Below, piece by piece: positions 33,644 to 35,779 of a stretch of 35,779 bases of DNA. The notes below the pieces were generated by a model. The model saw only the letters and a program-made list of their open reading frames with translations, ran no database searches and was not told the origin of the DNA. Origin of the DNA: an uncultured Gammaproteobacteria bacterium (GTDB taxonomy: Bacteria > Patescibacteriota > Microgenomatia > UBA12405); assembly GCA_964557475.1 (NCBI GenBank), contig CAZLAG010000001.1, positions 7,575 through 43,353 on the forward strand, given 5' to 3'. Within the stretch, counting starts at the first letter, position 1. Every line of letters begins with the position of its first letter. Both the position numbers and the translations under genes were made by a program.

Positions 33644-33958
33644 ATGAAACACGCCGTTATCGCCATTAGTGGCTCCCAATTCAAAGTTACAGAAGACCAA
33701 AAGCTATCTGTTGCTAACTTAAATATCAAAGAAGGTGAAAAATCTATTTGTGATCAAGTACTTTTAGTTGCCGATGATAAAAAAATAGAAGTTGGTACAC
33801 CTATTGTTAAGGACGCTAAAGTTGAGTTTGAAGTAATAAAAAATTATCAAGGTGAAAAAGTTAAAATTTTCAAATATAAATCAAAATCCAGATATCGTAA
33901 ATCTATGGGTTTTCGAGCAAAATTAACTGAAATCAAAATTACTAAAATTAGTAACTAA
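33644..33958 (+). CDS. rplU: 50S ribosomal protein L21
   Basis: MKHAVIAISGSQFKV... and KIFKYKSKSRYRKSMGFR match the L21 pattern. Located immediately upstream of rpmA. Confidence 0.93.
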   Translation: MKHAVIAISGSQFKVTEDQKLSVANLNIKEGEKSICDQVLLVADDKKIEVGTPIVKDAKVEFEVIKNYQGEKVKIFKYKSKSRYRKSMGFRAKLTEIKITKISN

Positions 33959-33960
33959 AT

Positions 33961-34212
33961 ATGGCACATACAAAATCTCAAGGTAAAACAAATCAAAAAG
34001 CCAATCGTCCCGGTCAAAGGCGTGGTGTTAAAAAATTTGGTGGTCAAAAAACTGAAGTTGGACAAATTATAATCAGACAAGTTGGTTCAAGTTTTCGTGC
34101 TGGTCCAGGTACAAAAACAGGTAAAGATTTTACTATCTATGCTGTTAGACCAGGAATTATCAAATTTTTCAAGAAATTAGGCAAAAGTTTCGTCTCCGTC
34201 ATCAAAGCCTAA
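33961..34212 (+). CDS. rpmA: 50S ribosomal protein L27
   Basis: MAHTKSQGKT...GVKKFGGQ...GQIIIRQVGSSFRAGPG matches the L27 pattern. There is no N-terminal propeptide. Confidence 0.95.
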   Translation: MAHTKSQGKTNQKANRPGQRRGVKKFGGQKTEVGQIIIRQVGSSFRAGPGTKTGKDFTIYAVRPGIIKFFKKLGKSFVSVIKA

Positions 34213-34279
34213 ATTCTGATATCTTTTGAATCATTTTAAACTCCTTTTTTCACGAGAGTTTTCATAGTAGTCTTAATCT

Positions 34280-35128
34280 ATGATGAAACAAGTGACTCAA
34301 ATTCCCACAAACCAATTAGAACCAAATCCACTTCAACCTCGAGGAATAATTTCAGCAGAATCAGTTTCTGAATTAGTTGAATCAATTAAAGAACACGGAA
34401 TTCTAGAACCTCTCATTGTTGCCAAAACTCCCGCTGGGTTTCAAATTATTGCTGGAGAACGTCGTTGGCGTGCTGCTCGTCTTTTAAAATTAGAATATGT
34501 ACCAGCTATAGTAAAAGAAACTAATCCACAACAAATGTTGGAAATGGCTATTGTCGAAAACGTTCAAAGAAAAGATCTTAATCCAATTGAAAGAGCTAAA
34601 GCTTTTCTTCGTCTAAAAGAAGAATTTCAATTTGATAATCATCAAATTGCTAAAAAAGTTAGTAAAAGTGTTCCATATGTTATTAACTGTCTTAAGCTTT
34701 TAACGCTACCAGATGCTCTAAAAGATGGTCTTTTATCAGGATTGATAAGTGAAGGCCATGCCAGAGCTTTGTCAAGCATCGGCGATACTAGGCTAATGAT
34801 TGAAGCATATAAAATCGTCCTCCGCGAAAAAGCATCTGTTCGTCGAGCCGAAGATATTGCTCGTCGTATGCGCAAAAAAATCGAAGAAGGGACAGTTCCA
34901 ATTACTAAAGAAAATATTCCTCAATTTTTAAAATCAAAATTGGACAATATCAGCACCGATCTAAAAACTTTTTTCAAAGACAACACTACTAATGTAAAAA
35001 TTACTCAAACAAATATTATTACTCAAGTAACATTTCAATTTAAAGGTAGTGTTGATCAAAGATTTGACAACCTAAAGGATCTCTACAAACAAATTTGTAA
35101 AAAAGATCTTACCAATCAAAATAATTAA
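34280..35128 (+). CDS. parB: ParB/Spo0J-family chromosome partitioning protein
   Basis: Motifs: LEPNPLQPRG, EPLIV, and IIAGERRWRAA (the GERRxRA CTP-binding box). An HTH region and a basic C-terminus follow. Confidence 0.9.
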   Translation: MMKQVTQIPTNQLEPNPLQPRGIISAESVSELVESIKEHGILEPLIVAKTPAGFQIIAGERRWRAARLLKLEYVPAIVKETNPQQMLEMAIVENVQRKDLNPIERAKAFLRLKEEFQFDNHQIAKKVSKSVPYVINCLKLLTLPDALKDGLLSGLISEGHARALSSIGDTRLMIEAYKIVLREKASVRRAEDIARRMRKKIEEGTVPITKENIPQFLKSKLDNISTDLKTFFKDNTTNVKITQTNIITQVTFQFKGSVDQRFDNLKDLYKQICKKDLTNQNN

Positions 35129-35718
35129 AAAGAAACTTTTGGAATTAACCCAATTGAGCTAACAGGCCAATATTTCAAAAATGCTTTTCCAATAATAGAA
35201 TCTCTTTTAATTGGTCCAAATTCACGACCATCTCTAGAATTTGGTCTATTATCTCCAAAACATAAATATTGCCCTTCTGGAACAACAACTTCCACACCTT
35301 CTTGACAATAAGAACCAGCATCGGTAATCACTCCATTTGGTAAAAATGATTGATCTAATAATTCACCATTTAAATAGACTTGTCCATCTTTTACCATTAC
35401 TCTATCACCAGGAAGTCCAATCACTCTTTTTATATATTCACAACCTTCGGCTGAACAAGTTTCAGATGCTGGCGCTTTAAAAATTACTACATCGCCTCTT
35501 TGTGGATCTCCTTTAAATTGATACGAAATTTTCTCAGTTAACAAAAATTCTTTATCCAAAAAATTTGGGACCATTGAAGTACCCTTAACTTCATTTGGTT
35601 GAGCTACAAATAAATATATTAAAACAAACAAAGACAATGCCAAAACTATTGACTGAATAAACTCTAATAAAAATTTTCCCAATGCAAATCCACGTTGATT
35701 ATTGTATGTATTTTTCAT
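35125..35718 (-). CDS. lepB: Signal peptidase I
   Basis: N-terminal TM helix. Catalytic Ser in GTSMVPNF and catalytic Lys in YIKRVIGLPGD. GDNRPNSRDGR box. Convergent with parB, sharing 4 nt. Confidence 0.92.
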   Translation of the reverse strand: MKNTYNNQRGFALGKFLLEFIQSIVLALSLFVLIYLFVAQPNEVKGTSMVPNFLDKEFLLTEKISYQFKGDPQRGDVVIFKAPASETCSAEGCEYIKRVIGLPGDRVMVKDGQVYLNGELLDQSFLPNGVITDAGSYCQEGVEVVVPEGQYLCFGDNRPNSRDGREFGPIKRDSIIGKAFLKYWPVSSIGLIPKVSF

Positions 35719-35732
35719 GAGTTCATTCTAGC

Positions 35733-35741
35733 TGATATAAT
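35733..35741 (+). promoter_or_regulatory. Candidate extended -10 element upstream of the tRNA
   Basis: TGaTATAAT at 35733-35741, ending 12 nt before the tRNA 5' end. There is no convincing -35. Confidence 0.35.
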
Positions 35742-35753
35742 TACAAAATACTA

Positions 35754-35779
35754 GGTCGCTTAGCTCAGTTGGTAGAGCA
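35754..35779 (+). tRNA. 5' portion of a tRNA gene, truncated by the window edge. Anticodon not visible.
   Basis: GGTCGCT-TA-GCTC-AGTTGGTA-GAGC-A reads as acceptor 5' strand, U8-A9, then a D-arm with the canonical AGTTGGTA loop. Confidence 0.75.

Noticed and set aside
34247-34260. A possible parS site upstream of parB (TTTTCACGAGAGTT).
   Set aside because: Only one half (TTTCACG) matches the TGTTTCACGTGAAACA consensus. The second half is not palindromic.
1-35779. An alternative genetic code, with TGA read as Gly or Trp as in some CPR lineages or Mollicutes.
   Set aside because: TGA terminates several well-delimited genes exactly at ATGA junctions (455, 4874, 14708, 23597). Trp is encoded by TGG in conserved motifs. 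Homology-supported ORFs are full-length under code 11.
1-35779. CRISPR arrays, transposases or integrases, prophage or defence-system genes.
   Set aside because: I saw no regularly spaced direct repeats, no terminal inverted repeats and no ORFs with recombinase, nuclease or defence motifs. Every ORF of 150 aa or more is accounted for by housekeeping or envelope functions, or is a single uncharacterised membrane protein.

Overview
Strongly AT-rich, very gene-dense bacterial chromosome segment. I count 36 CDS, 34 of them on the + strand. Many junctions are 1-nt TAATG or 4-nt ATGA stop/start overlaps. TGA acts as a stop, so the standard bacterial code applies. Short housekeeping proteins, a DUF4012 protein, heavy glycosyltransferase content and tiny intergenic gaps suggest a reduced-genome, CPR/Patescibacteria-like organism; that is inference only. 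No CRISPR array, rRNA or obvious mobile element is present.

The layout has four blocks:
1. 452-10778: a surface-glycan assembly island with two GT2, three GT4, an O-antigen-ligase-like membrane protein, a ManC-like nucleotidyltransferase, a small initiating phosphoglycosyl transferase and DUF4012.
2. 10778-12848: recO, then a glycine T-box leader in front of glyQS.
3. 12848-29665: a division/cell-wall (dcw) cluster, rsmH-ftsL-ftsI-murE-X-mpl/murC-murA-mraY-[insert]-ftsW-murG-ftsQ-like-ftsA-ftsZ.
4. 29790 to the end: ileS, rodA, rplU-rpmA, parB, lepB (minus strand) and the 5' end of a tRNA.

The most interesting signals are in the dcw cluster:
- A four-gene insert sits where murD normally lies. 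It holds a cytoplasmic NlpC/P60 peptidase, a fold-type II PLP enzyme and an ATP-grasp ligase.
- Its fourth gene is a 54-aa LysW-like zinc-ribbon ORF on the opposite strand. The ORF track misses it.
- A mini ATE/Bpt-like putative aminoacyl-tRNA transferase lies between murE and an Mpl-type Mur ligase.
- murD, murF, ddl and murB are absent from the window.

Together these suggest a non-canonical or salvage-type route to the peptidoglycan stem peptide. All family assignments were made by eye from remembered motifs; no searches were run.
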